DNA of 64,000 nt from Sedimentisphaerales bacterium. Its GTDB lineage: Bacteria; Planctomycetota; Phycisphaerae; Sedimentisphaerales; Anaerobacaceae. Below are positions 39,704-49,936 of the stretch, piece by piece (position 1 is the stretch's first letter; the number at the start of each line of letters is the position of its first letter). The notes under the pieces were generated by a model. That model had not been told where the DNA came from and did no database searches. It was given only the letters and a program-made list of their open reading frames with translations. The translations under genes and the position numbers were made by a program. The stretch lies in NCBI GenBank assembly GCA_963708075.1, contig OY970194.1:640001-704000 (forward strand), written 5' to 3'.

Positions 39704-41719
39704 GTGCAGCGTGGCCTGACGAAGAACTCCGGAGGCGGTGTTGGCGTGCAGGCGGTTTTGGCCGTGCTGAGTGCCGCCGGTGTTGTCCTCGTGCTCGTGT
39801 GTACGTCGCGATACGGCGTGGGCTTGTCCCCGGACTCCGCCAACTATCTGTCCGCCGCGAGGAGCTTGCTGGCGGGAACAGGATTCCACTATTGTGATGG
39901 TGGAATCTATACCCATTGGCCACCGCTGTTTCCGAGTCTGCTGGCCATGTTCGGCCTGGTGGGGGTGGAACCTCAGACGGGTGCTCGGTTTCTCAACGCG
40001 TTTGCGTTCGGGGCGATCGTATTCGTTTCGGGGAGATTGTTCCTGACGTGCACGACGTCCAACGCCTTTGCGGTGCTGGGCACATTGTCCATCGTACTGT
40101 CGGCGCCGCTGCTGACGATCTCGACCATGGCCTTGTCGGAACCGGTGTTCATCCTGCTGGCGGCTCTGTTCGTTCTGTGTATCGCGAGCTTTCTGGGCAC
40201 GGGGCGGTGGTCGTTGCTCCTGGTGACCTCCATCCTGGCGGCGCTTGCCTGCTTGCAGAGGTACGCGGGCGTCACATTGATCATGACAGGCGGTCTTCTT
40301 CTGACATTGTGTCCGGTCGGGACATCCCTCTGGAGAAGAATGGGATACCTGGCGGTGTTCGGTGCGATCTCAAGCTCGCCGCTGGCCGCTTGGATAATCC
40401 GCAACCGGATTGTGACGGGGGAAACGGCAGGCGCGCATCACTTTCACCTTGGTTCCGGCCGCGAGCTTGGCCGGTCCATGATGTCGGCGGTGGATGTCGT
40501 GGCGCCGTGGCTCTTTCCCAAATTGTCTTCCGTGACAATGGAGCTGGTGGGTCTGGGGCTGATTCTGCTCGCCGCCGGGATTGTGGTGGTCGTTGCCCGC
40601 CGCACTTTCAGAGATCCCGATGTTGCCGTGGCATCGATGCAGATCGGGTCGGTGGCTGTTTTCGGATTGGTCTACTGTACCTTTCTAGTCGTCTCCGGTG
40701 CCGGGCTCTCGTGGAACCCCAACGAGCGGGTCATGCTGCCGGCATACGTGTTCATCATGGTGCTGGTATTTACCGGCGTCAGGGACGCGTCCATGCTGCT
40801 CGCTGCGCTGCCGACAGGCGGGCGATGCGGGGAATGGGCCGGCCTTCTCCTCTGTATTCTCTGGCTTCTGTATCCTCTTTCCCAGGCGGACAAATGCGTC
40901 GAATCCTGCATCCGGGAAGGCGCCGGCGATTACCGCTGGCCCTTGTGGCAAGGGTCGCCTCTGATCCGGTGGCTGCGGGAGAACCCCTTGCAGGGCGACG
41001 CCTACAGCAACGTTCCCGGTGAGGTGTACCTTCTTGCAGGAGTGCCCGCGAAGACCACGCCGCACTACTACTGGGACACGACGCAATTTGCCGCCAACAT
41101 GTCCTCATCACAGGTGAACTACATCATCTGGTCGGAGAACCTGCACCTGGATTTCCTGTACGACCTGCGGGAGCTTGCTTCGCGGTGGCGGATGACTGAG
41201 ATTGCGACGTTTTCCGATGGTGCGATCTACCGGTTTGTGAGTGATGGTGGTCCCGGCGTATTCGGGGTGCACCGCTTTTGGAACCCGCAGAAAGACAGAC
41301 ATTACTATACGTTGAACAAACGGGAAATCGAGATGATCAATCTCCATCAGGGGCGTCAGTGGAAAGACGAAGGGGCCGTCTTCTACGTGTATTCCTGCGA
41401 TCAACGTCCCGCGGATACACTGCCGGTCTACCAGTTCTCGTCGCAAGCCCTGGAGAGTCGGTTCTACACGATGCAGGAGGCGGAGAAGGACAAGTTGATC
41501 CGCGAGTACCCACAGGTCTGGACGTATGAAGGCGCTGCCTGGTATGCCTACCCGGAGGGGCGGCAGCCGGCGGAGGCGCGGCCGGTCTTTCGGCTCTGGT
41601 CCGATACTCTCCAGACCCATTTCTACACGATCGATGAACGCGAGAAGGACTGGCTCATTCGGGAGTACCCCCAGGTATGGAGGTGTGAGGGTATTGTGTG
41701 GTATGCCTATGGTAAGTAA
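39704..41719 (+). CDS. GT-C-like polytopic membrane glycosyltransferase fused to three C-terminal repeats (DUF5648-like)
   Basis: SPDSANYL, WPPLFP, LSEPVF, QRYAG with many TMs; C-terminal repeats of the form PVxRxW...HFYT...E...WxxEG.AWY; start uncertain. Confidence 0.75.
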   Translation: MQRGLTKNSGGGVGVQAVLAVLSAAGVVLVLVCTSRYGVGLSPDSANYLSAARSLLAGTGFHYCDGGIYTHWPPLFPSLLAMFGLVGVEPQTGARFLNAFAFGAIVFVSGRLFLTCTTSNAFAVLGTLSIVLSAPLLTISTMALSEPVFILLAALFVLCIASFLGTGRWSLLLVTSILAALACLQRYAGVTLIMTGGLLLTLCPVGTSLWRRMGYLAVFGAISSSPLAAWIIRNRIVTGETAGAHHFHLGSGRELGRSMMSAVDVVAPWLFPKLSSVTMELVGLGLILLAAGIVVVVARRTFRDPDVAVASMQIGSVAVFGLVYCTFLVVSGAGLSWNPNERVMLPAYVFIMVLVFTGVRDASMLLAALPTGGRCGEWAGLLLCILWLLYPLSQADKCVESCIREGAGDYRWPLWQGSPLIRWLRENPLQGDAYSNVPGEVYLLAGVPAKTTPHYYWDTTQFAANMSSSQVNYIIWSENLHLDFLYDLRELASRWRMTEIATFSDGAIYRFVSDGGPGVFGVHRFWNPQKDRHYYTLNKREIEMINLHQGRQWKDEGAVFYVYSCDQRPADTLPVYQFSSQALESRFYTMQEAEKDKLIREYPQVWTYEGAAWYAYPEGRQPAEARPVFRLWSDTLQTHFYTIDEREKDWLIREYPQVWRCEGIVWYAYGK

Positions 41720-41764
41720 TGGTGATCTTCGGCCACGGTGGACCGTCTTCGGCGGGGGGCTGTG

Positions 41765-43349
41765 ATGTCGCACAAAACGGCGATCATCGTCGGAGCGGGA
41801 CCCGGTGGACTTACCGCTGCCTACGAGCTGCAGACACGAACGGATATACGCCCCGTGGTCTATGAAATGGCGGACATGGTGGGCGGCATCTCGAAGACCT
41901 TCAACTACAAGGGCAACCGGATCGATATCGGGGGGCACCGTTTCTACTCCAAATCGAGCAGGGTGGTGGACTGGTGGTCGCATATCCTGCCCGTGCAGGG
42001 GCCATCATCAAGAGATGGGCAGGCGGCGGACGGCGCCGTGTCGAATCTGATCGACCCCAACGGACCGGATCCGGAGCAGACCGACCGCGTCATGCTCGTC
42101 CGCGAACGCCGGTCGCGAATCCTGTTCGCCGGGAAGCTCTTCAATTATCCCTTGTCCGCGAGTCTTGAGAACCCTCCTGAAACTCGGCTGCCGGCGCACG
42201 ACCCGGATCCTGGCCAGTTACCTCCGGGCCCGGGCCTTCCCCATCCGGAGCGAGAAATCCCTGGAGGACTTCTTTGTCAATCGTTTCGGCCGGGCCCTCT
42301 ACGGGACGTTTTTCAAGGACTACACGGAGAAACTCTGGGGCGTTCCCTGCAGCCAGATCAGCCCGGAGTGGGGCGCCCAGCGGGTGAAGGGACTGTCGAT
42401 CTCCAAGGCGTTGCTGGACGCGTGGAGACGTGCCTTCCCGAAGGATATTCAGGATGCAGTCACGGAGACCAGTCTGATCCGGCACTTTCTGTATCCGAAG
42501 CTTGGGCCGGGCCAAATGTGGTCGGAGGTGGCTCGCATCATCGAAGAGAGAGGCGGGGCTGTTCACCTGGGCCGGAAGATCGTGGGCCTCAGGCACGACG
42601 GGTTCAGGATTACGGGGGTGACCGTGAGGGATGAAAAGAGCGGCCGGACCACCGACGTGGAAGCAGATTACTTCTTCTCCACCATGCCGGTCAAAGAGCT
42701 GATCGCGGGGCTTGGCTCATCGGTGCCCCGTGAGGTCGGAGAAGTCGCCCAGGGCCTTGTGTATCGCGATTTCATTACCGTCGGTCTCCTGCTGAAGAAA
42801 TGGGGCGCAGGAACCGATCCAAACGGTAAGGGGCCTCCCGGGCTGATTCCGGATTGCTGGTTGTACATCCACGATCCGTCTGTGAAAATGGGACGCGTCC
42901 AGGTGTTCAACAACTGGAGTCCTTATCTGCTGAACGATGAAGCGACGATCTGGGTAGGCGTGGAATACTTCTGCAATGAGAGCGATCAGCTATGGAGCAT
43001 GCAAGACCGCGATCTTGCGGCGATGGCGATAGAAGAGATGGCGAGAATCCATTTTCTTTCCAAGGCGGATGTGCTGGACAGCACCATCATTCGAATGCCC
43101 AAGGCATATCCGGCCTACACCGGCACATACGGTGGTTTTGACCGGGTCCGCGACTATACCGACCGCTTTGAGAATCTGTTCCTTATCGGCCGAAACGGGA
43201 TGCACAAGTACAACAACATGGATCACTCCATGTTGTCGGCTATGGTCGCTGTGGACAACATCGTTCACAACGTGAAGTCGAAGGAGAGTATCTGGCTGGT
43301 CAACACGGAACGGGATTACCAGGAGAGCGCCTGCCGGAAGCCGTGCTGA
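41765..43349 (+). CDS. FAD/NAD(P)-dependent oxidoreductase (UDP-galactopyranose mutase/HemY-like superfamily); apparent frameshift at ~42170
   Basis: [61 protein letters not shown]. Confidence 0.88.
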
Positions 43350-43492
43350 GCGGGCGGCGGCAGGTCCCCTCGCGTTGCCCATCACACCCCGTCCGCATGG
43401 AAACAAAGAGTCTTGACGGGACATTGACGCGGGCCTATGATGAACCCGCTTGCGAAAACTCGGATATCAGGACAACTATCGAGGCTTGGGCT

Positions 43493-43927
43493 ATGGCGTC
43501 TCTCATCGTGACAAGCGGAAAGCAGGAAGGCGACTACTATCCGTTGGGCCGGCGAACCAACGTAATCGGGCGTGATGAAGCGCTGTTCATACAGATCCTG
43601 GACCACATGGTTTCCAGGAAGCACTTGCAGATCCGATTCGATCCGAACGCGAACGTGTACTTCGCCTACGACATGAAGAGCCGCAACGGGGTCTATCTCA
43701 ACAATCGCAAGATCGAGGACGAGGCACCCTTGAAGGATGGCGACGTCATCCTGGTTGGTCTGACCAGTTTGTTGTTCACCGACAAGGACTTCAAGGACAA
43801 GGAAAGCGCCCTGCAGCACTACAAGAAGGTCGGCGAGCGGATGCGGGTGACCAGCTATGGCCCACATGAGATCGAGCCGGTCCCCTTCGGTCCGGGCGAA
43901 ACCGGCCAGCCCATCCCACGGGAGTAA
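43493..43927 (+). CDS. FHA domain protein
   Basis: IGR, VSRKH, DMKSRNGVYLN, LKDGDVI. Confidence 0.9.
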   Translation: MASLIVTSGKQEGDYYPLGRRTNVIGRDEALFIQILDHMVSRKHLQIRFDPNANVYFAYDMKSRNGVYLNNRKIEDEAPLKDGDVILVGLTSLLFTDKDFKDKESALQHYKKVGERMRVTSYGPHEIEPVPFGPGETGQPIPRE

Positions 43928-43968
43928 GGCTGTCCGGAGGCCGTGCGCCGCCAGGCCGGAGTGCTTTG

Positions 43969-44880
43969 TCAGCGATGCCGCAGCGCGACAGACACCTGTG
44001 CTTCGAGGAAGCCCCAGCCGATCCCAAGGCCGAAACCGACGGCGTGCACCGTGTTGGCGACAGGGCCGGCCATACCGGTCAGGCACACGAAGAACCAGAC
44101 GATCATCATCGTGACGGTCTGCGGCTGTAGCGACAGACCGGAGGCAGGATTGAATCTGCCCTGCATCCAGACGTAGCCGAGCAGCCCATACACCACGCCG
44201 GACATGCCCCCGAACGCCGGGTCCTTGTACACGTATTGGGCGACATTCGACGTGCTCGCCAGAATGAGAACCAGGAGCAGAAGCATCCAGGAGCCTTTGC
44301 GGGCCTCAATCATGCTGCCCAGGTCCCGCAGCCAGAGCATGTTGAATAGCAGGTGGAGGATGCTAAAGTGCAGAAACATGGGAGTGAAGAGCCGCCAGAC
44401 TTGGCCGTGGCGAACCTCGGGCAGGCTCTTGTCCCAGTAGATATACTTGCCATCCTCCCGATATTGGCTGATGGACAGGGGCTGAACAAACTGCTTGCTG
44501 TCGCCGAGCTTCGTGAGGATTGCCGCCATCACGCTGATAGAGATCAGGGCGATCGACAAGATGCCGACGGGGACGGGGGGGGAATAGAAGAGGGTCCTCG
44601 CGTCCACGACGCTCGCCCGTTTTGGAGCCTGTGCTTTCTCGGCCCGCTCCCTCATCTGTTCGGCGACCTTGGCGGCCTCTTCGAACACAGGGTCGGCCGG
44701 CGACTGGCGGAACTGGGCGAGCAGAGACGTGGCGGCTTCAAGATTCGTGTCGTCGATTACCCAGACTTGCCAGCGTCCGTCCTTGACCGGGTCCGTGTGG
44801 CTTTCAATGCCCCGGCTATAGAGCACGCTGCCGAAACGCCTGGTCAATGCTTCATCCTCAAAGTGGCCGATGAGCCGCAT
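43969..44880 (-). CDS. Rhomboid intramembrane serine protease (GlpG-like, with N-terminal soluble domain)
   Basis: WRLFTPMFLH, HLLFNM, GMSGVVYG (catalytic Ser), C-terminal NTVH. Confidence 0.9.
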   Translation of the reverse strand: MRLIGHFEDEALTRRFGSVLYSRGIESHTDPVKDGRWQVWVIDDTNLEAATSLLAQFRQSPADPVFEEAAKVAEQMRERAEKAQAPKRASVVDARTLFYSPPVPVGILSIALISISVMAAILTKLGDSKQFVQPLSISQYREDGKYIYWDKSLPEVRHGQVWRLFTPMFLHFSILHLLFNMLWLRDLGSMIEARKGSWMLLLLVLILASTSNVAQYVYKDPAFGGMSGVVYGLLGYVWMQGRFNPASGLSLQPQTVTMMIVWFFVCLTGMAGPVANTVHAVGFGLGIGWGFLEAQVSVALRHR

Positions 44881-44913
44881 GTCGTCTCTCCATATGCTGA
44901 CGCCCGCAGGCGA

Positions 44914-45732
44914 TCAGCCGGTAATTTCCTTGCCGCAATGCGGGCATCGCGGGGCCTTCTTCCGCTGCTCCAGGTCTTCCAGGAACCCCGCGCCGAGGAT
45001 GGCAGTCGGCAGGGCGAACATGGCGATCCCCAGCATCGCGGCCATGGCGCCCATGACTTTGCCGAGGACAGTTACAGGATAGATATCGCCGTATCCGACC
45101 GTCGTGAGCGTTACGGCGGCCCACCACATGGCAGCGGGAATGCTCGAAAAGGCCTTGGGCTGAGTGCCATTTTCTGCATAGTACACCAAAGTCGCCGCCA
45201 CCACAAGCATGATCAGGAGGAGGAACACGGCACTGATGAGTTGTTCTCTTTTGGCCCGGAGCACGCGCATCAGCATCTGGAGCGATTCGGAGTAGCGCGC
45301 CAGCTTGGCGACGCGCATGAGCCGCATGATCCGCAGCAGACGGAACATCCTCAGGACCCGCAGGTCCACGCTGAGGAACGGCAGGTAGAATGGCAGCACG
45401 GCCAGCACGTCCACGATGGCCAGCGGCGTCAATGCAAATCGAATGCGCCCGAGCACGGGATGCTTGTACTGAGGGTCCTCGACGCAGGACCAGATGCGCG
45501 CGGCATACTCCGCCGTGAAGATCGCCACCGAAAAGTATTCGAAGGCGAGAAACCATCCCGGGATGGTTTCGTGGACACGCTTGACCGACTCGACGATCAT
45601 AGCGGCAACGTTGAGCAGGATGAGCGCGACGATGAACGCATCAAATATCCTGCTCGTCCTGTCGCCGGCCTTGGGATGCGCCACGATCTCGCGGACGCGC
45701 CTGCGCATGCCCAGGTACGACCATCGCGGCAT
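44914..45732 (-). CDS. Voltage-gated-type potassium channel
   Basis: S4 RVLRMFRLLRIMRLMR; selectivity filter TTVGYGD; C-terminal CPHCG. Confidence 0.93.
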   Translation of the reverse strand: MPRWSYLGMRRRVREIVAHPKAGDRTSRIFDAFIVALILLNVAAMIVESVKRVHETIPGWFLAFEYFSVAIFTAEYAARIWSCVEDPQYKHPVLGRIRFALTPLAIVDVLAVLPFYLPFLSVDLRVLRMFRLLRIMRLMRVAKLARYSESLQMLMRVLRAKREQLISAVFLLLIMLVVAATLVYYAENGTQPKAFSSIPAAMWWAAVTLTTVGYGDIYPVTVLGKVMGAMAAMLGIAMFALPTAILGAGFLEDLEQRKKAPRCPHCGKEITG

Positions 45733-45854
45733 GTCATTCACTTCTTGCGCCTGATTCACAGAAAGCACACTTAGCCCTTTCGAATTCCAATGGGGGATTC
45801 TACCGCATTCGTGCGATGGATTCCAGCCTTACACAGATGTTGACTGCTTATGAG

Positions 45855-46973
45855 CTATTTGCCCCGGGGCGATGGCTCGATAAGGCCTTTGTATTTCGTT
45901 GTGCCGCCACTGCCCTTCCCGGTCAGCTCCTTGTGCGCGCTCTGGAGGATGTTCTGCTCGAGCGGGCACGACAGGTCCGCACCTTTGACAATCCTCAGGA
46001 AACGATTCTTCCTGGGCTCGGTGAAGTCCTTGCCGGTGGATAGCGTCGCGTACACTTCGTAAAGCGCTGCGATATATATGGCGGACAGTTTCACGGCTTG
46101 TTCGTAATACGTGACGTAGCCCGGCTCCGCAATGTATTCGCGGTACATCGGGGAGTCCTCGTGGTACTGCTCGTATTCATCGGCGGCATCCCGGTAGGGG
46201 CCGCGCATCCGGGCGATCAGCAGCACGGCCAGGAGATTGTCCACGGAATTCTCGATATCGCCCTCGGATGGACAGCTTCCGTAGGTCTCCACGAAGCCGC
46301 GTTGCAGGAAGTACCGGAACCAATCCTCCGTGTTGCGGGTCGTCAGGCCGGGGATGCAATCCACCCAGTCGCGAAAATCCTGGCGGAAGAAATCGTAGGC
46401 AACCTTGTCCGGGCCGCTTGCCGCTTCCCGCCTGGCGCGATAGACCTCCTCGTACAGGAAGTAGTCCTGGAACACCTCGCACTCGCGGTGCTTCTTGCGG
46501 TTTTGACCGCTGCGATAGTAGGGCTTGGCAATCCTGTTGACCAGCGGATGGATGATCTGGTCGGCTGCGATGTGGCTCAGATGCCCCGCAATATAGGCGA
46601 GCTTGCGCTTGTCATCCGCGTCCATTTCGATCCCGTCGTCCGTTCGTACCACATCGCTGAACAGCACCCTGCACAAAGTGAGAGGAAACTCGTTGGGGAT
46701 GGAGGAGTGCAGATGGTAGGACCACGGCATGACGCCCGCGGCCTTGACGAAGCCCTCCATGAGCATATCCCAGCCGGACTGGGCCATACTCACGTAGTAG
46801 TACAGATCCGGGCCGATGCTGCCGAGGTTCATGTATTTCCAGTAGTCGTTTTCCCGCCTCTGGCCGGGGTCATCGATCATGCGTGCGAATTCCTGCAGTT
46901 CCTCGGGCCCTCTGGTTCTCAGCAGTTCGAATGCTTTATGGACGATCACCATATGAGCAATATTCGCCGGCAT
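45855..46973 (-). CDS. Zinc-dependent phospholipase C / S1-P1 nuclease-like protein
   Basis: N-terminal PANIAH, GSIGPD, GHLSHIAADQIIHP, HRECE; no signal peptide. Confidence 0.75.
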   Translation of the reverse strand: MPANIAHMVIVHKAFELLRTRGPEELQEFARMIDDPGQRRENDYWKYMNLGSIGPDLYYYVSMAQSGWDMLMEGFVKAAGVMPWSYHLHSSIPNEFPLTLCRVLFSDVVRTDDGIEMDADDKRKLAYIAGHLSHIAADQIIHPLVNRIAKPYYRSGQNRKKHRECEVFQDYFLYEEVYRARREAASGPDKVAYDFFRQDFRDWVDCIPGLTTRNTEDWFRYFLQRGFVETYGSCPSEGDIENSVDNLLAVLLIARMRGPYRDAADEYEQYHEDSPMYREYIAEPGYVTYYEQAVKLSAIYIAALYEVYATLSTGKDFTEPRKNRFLRIVKGADLSCPLEQNILQSAHKELTGKGSGGTTKYKGLIEPSPRGK

Positions 46974-47309
46974 CTTATCTCTCCTTATGAATTCGCACTG
47001 ATCGTGCATGTCCGGATTCCACGGCAGTTTCGGACCATACTATGGTTATCGGATTTTCGCGTCCGTTTCTGCAACGCCCCCGGGCCCGGGTTAGGCTGAT
47101 GTCGGACTCCTGCTCACCGGCTATCCATCCGCGAATGGCATTATGCCCATGTACAATGGGCTTTTTGCTGACGAGCACGGACACGGCTATCTCCATATAG
47201 GACTTAGAATGGATTTGAAGGTGATTCCATGTTACATGGCTTGAGTCTGAATCGACGACCATTTGGCTGTCGGCTCGGTCATGGTAGTTTCTCGTTGGGA
47301 GGTAAGAAC

Positions 47310-48746
47310 ATGTCCACGGTACGACAATCATCAAGAGCAATTCTGGTGCTCAGCCTCATAGGCGTATTATCAGGTTACGCCTGGGCAGGCGGGCAATCAA
47401 ACACTCCACGAAGTCATGATGAATTCAGTGCAAATCAAAGCCGGATGAGCAGCCCGCGGGACCTCAGCACAGAGGGATCTGATGTGACGCTGCATAGAGC
47501 CAGCAAACTGATTGGCAGCACCGTCAAGAGCTCCGATGGCGAGAACCTCGGTACGATCTATGATATCGTGCTGACGCCGGACCTCGATTCCGTCTCGTAC
47601 ATCGCCTTGTCGAGGGGCGGAGCCTTCGGGCTCGGCCGCAGTCTGTACGCAGTGCCCTGGTCTGCCCTCAAGACAGGTGTCGGCAACAACTATTATCTGC
47701 CGATCACGGTGAGTCATCTTGAGGCGACAGAGGGATTCAAAGAGGCGTATTGGCCAAGCAGCCCCACCAGAGGCTGGCTGACAGCAGCCTCGACAACAGA
47801 AGGAATGGGGCCGGTCTATCGGGGTCCGACACGCGAAGAGAGTCGCGAAGTCCAGAACCGACGTGTCAGTAAGATCATTGGCACGAATGTGACCTATACG
47901 GATGGCAACAAGGGCGGTAACGTCAAGGATATGGTCATCTCTCGGGACAGCGGCCAGGTCGTCTATACGATCGTCTCGGATGGCGGCACTTTTGGCTTTG
48001 GCGCCAAGTTTGCTGCTGTGCCGTCGTCCGCAATCGATCTGCAGATGGAGCGAGGAGTCGCCATCGTGAGCGCGAGTCGCAATACGGTGATTGCCAACTC
48101 GTTTTCTCCGAGGCAGTGGCCGGACCTGTCAGACCCCGCTTTTGAGCAGCGTGTAGCCGTTCTGTATGGCACCCAGCCGAGCGGAACGATCCTCGGATTC
48201 GTGCCTCCGGAAAGCGACGTGAAGACGGAGCCGAAGGCGAAGATCCATGAATCTACGAAGGCGTGTCCGTCCGCGAAGCAGCATGAAGGGTCCGCGCTGG
48301 GATATCAGCCGCCCATGGAAAGCTCTGATGCGTCCGGGGCAGCCGCGCACTTTGATCCTGCGAAAGTACGCACCATTGAAGGAACAGTCATAGACATCGG
48401 CAAGTCCGCTACCCGAGCCGCGGGTGCTGACATGCTGGCTCTGCGGCTGAAGACTGCCGACGATAAGATCGTCATCGTCAATCTCGGCCCACGCGACTAC
48501 ATCAGCAAGCAGAATTTCTATGTAGTCAACGGCGATCGTATCACGGTCACTGGCTCTGAGGTGACTGTTGGCGAGCGGCCTGCATTCCTTGCGACCGAGA
48601 TCCGAAGCGATGGTCAAATCCTGCGGCTGCGGAACCCGAGCGGTCATCCGCTGTGGCTGCAACCCGCCCCCACGCATGTCGATGAAAATGAGGGGGTAGG
48701 CGAGGCGACCCACATGCCTGAAGAGCCGGGCTACGGAACATATTGA
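47310..48746 (+). CDS. Secreted protein with two PRC-barrel domains and a C-terminal OB-like domain
   Basis: Signal peptide; RASKLIG..V...GE.LG.I.DIV..GG.FGLG..AVPW and RVSKIIG..V.DMVI..GG.FGFG..AVP; C-terminal TIEGTV..VNLGP..GDRITVTGS..LRLR..G.PLW. Confidence 0.8.
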   Translation: MSTVRQSSRAILVLSLIGVLSGYAWAGGQSNTPRSHDEFSANQSRMSSPRDLSTEGSDVTLHRASKLIGSTVKSSDGENLGTIYDIVLTPDLDSVSYIALSRGGAFGLGRSLYAVPWSALKTGVGNNYYLPITVSHLEATEGFKEAYWPSSPTRGWLTAASTTEGMGPVYRGPTREESREVQNRRVSKIIGTNVTYTDGNKGGNVKDMVISRDSGQVVYTIVSDGGTFGFGAKFAAVPSSAIDLQMERGVAIVSASRNTVIANSFSPRQWPDLSDPAFEQRVAVLYGTQPSGTILGFVPPESDVKTEPKAKIHESTKACPSAKQHEGSALGYQPPMESSDASGAAAHFDPAKVRTIEGTVIDIGKSATRAAGADMLALRLKTADDKIVIVNLGPRDYISKQNFYVVNGDRITVTGSEVTVGERPAFLATEIRSDGQILRLRNPSGHPLWLQPAPTHVDENEGVGEATHMPEEPGYGTY

Positions 48747-48838
48747 GAGGTGTCCATCATGGACTCTGGAGGAGTAGATACCGGGCAGTAAGGTCCGCCA
48801 GTACGAAACTGGCTTTACCATCTGCCGGGTGATATCGT

Positions 48839-48871
48839 CTGCAGCCCCGGAAAGCAGGTCCGGGGCTGCAG
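48839..48871. repeat. Perfect 13-bp inverted repeat (possible terminator or stability hairpin)
   Basis: CTGCAGCCCCGGA-aagcagg-TCCGGGGCTGCAG; no clear U-tract. Confidence 0.6.
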
Positions 48872-49139
48872 GCATGCTCATTTCAGGAGGGAGAAATCAA
48901 AAAGCCAGTCTTCCCTGTTGAAGCGAGCCTGACCTTCATCCCGCAGAACTCCACCTCATGGATTCCGGATGGCAGAAGCCCGGTGGAGATCCCTGTCAAA
49001 ACAGTCGAACTCCAGCCTGTATCAGTCTGGCCCTGGCGGGTAGAATTGGTTTGAGGCCCGAGGTTGGACTGCTAAGCCGGTATCGGCGGGCCGGGTAGTC
49101 AATCGCTGATGAATGGGTATTCTTGCTGAGGAACTGACG

Positions 49140-49904
49140 ATGATCGTGGATGCCGATTGTCACATCTCGCCCTTTCGGGAGGGCGTGCATATCAGCGCTG
49201 ATGAATTGCTGCGGCGGATGGACCGTTCGGGTGTGGACAAGGCGATTGTCTGGTTGACCCCGCCGTACAAGCGGGAGATCGACGAGTCCAACGCTTACGT
49301 GTGCCAGGCGGTCAGGGCGCACGCGGACCGCCTCCTGGGATTCGGTTGGGCCGACCCGCGGCTGGGCGTGCAGAAGGCCAGGGAGATGGCACGCAAATGC
49401 ATGCACCAGTACGGCTTCCATGGCGTCAAGATCAACGGGGCACAGAACGATTTCTACATCGACGATCCCGAGGTGTCTATGCCCCTTGTAGAAGAAATCG
49501 CCAAGGCGGGCAAGCTTCTCGCCTTTCATTGTGGCGTGGACGCCTTTGAGCGGACGCACCCGCAGCGGATCGCCAGAATCGCCCGGCGGTTTCCCGAGAC
49601 ACAGATTCTCTGCGTGCACATGGGCGGTGTGGGTTTTCCCGACATGAGCAGGGCGATGATCGAGGCGGCGCAGGAGTGTCCCAACCTGCACCTGATCGGC
49701 AGCATGGTCCAGCATACCTCCGTGCTGAATGCCGTCAAAACGCTCGGGGCCGATCGGGTCTCGTTCGGCAGCGACACGCCGTTTTCCTTGATGCACGTCT
49801 GTGTCGCCATGTACAATGCACTGCTCGACGGCGAAGTCACGCCGGAACAGAAAGCCCAGATCATGGGTGGCAATATCCTGCGCCTTCTCGGCCGTCGCGC
49901 GTGA
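49140..49904 (+). CDS. Amidohydrolase family 2 protein
   Basis: IVDADCH, GVKI, AFHCG, VHMGG, SFGSDTPF. Confidence 0.85.
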   Translation: MIVDADCHISPFREGVHISADELLRRMDRSGVDKAIVWLTPPYKREIDESNAYVCQAVRAHADRLLGFGWADPRLGVQKAREMARKCMHQYGFHGVKINGAQNDFYIDDPEVSMPLVEEIAKAGKLLAFHCGVDAFERTHPQRIARIARRFPETQILCVHMGGVGFPDMSRAMIEAAQECPNLHLIGSMVQHTSVLNAVKTLGADRVSFGSDTPFSLMHVCVAMYNALLDGEVTPEQKAQIMGGNILRLLGRRA

Positions 49905-49936
49905 ACCGACAAGGACCTGCAAGGAAAGGACCAGAG

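Noticed and set aside
48340..48670. C-terminal OB-like domain as a magnetosome (MamS/MamX-like) gene
   Set aside because: There are no magnetochrome CxxCH motifs and no other mam genes; similar domains occur widely.
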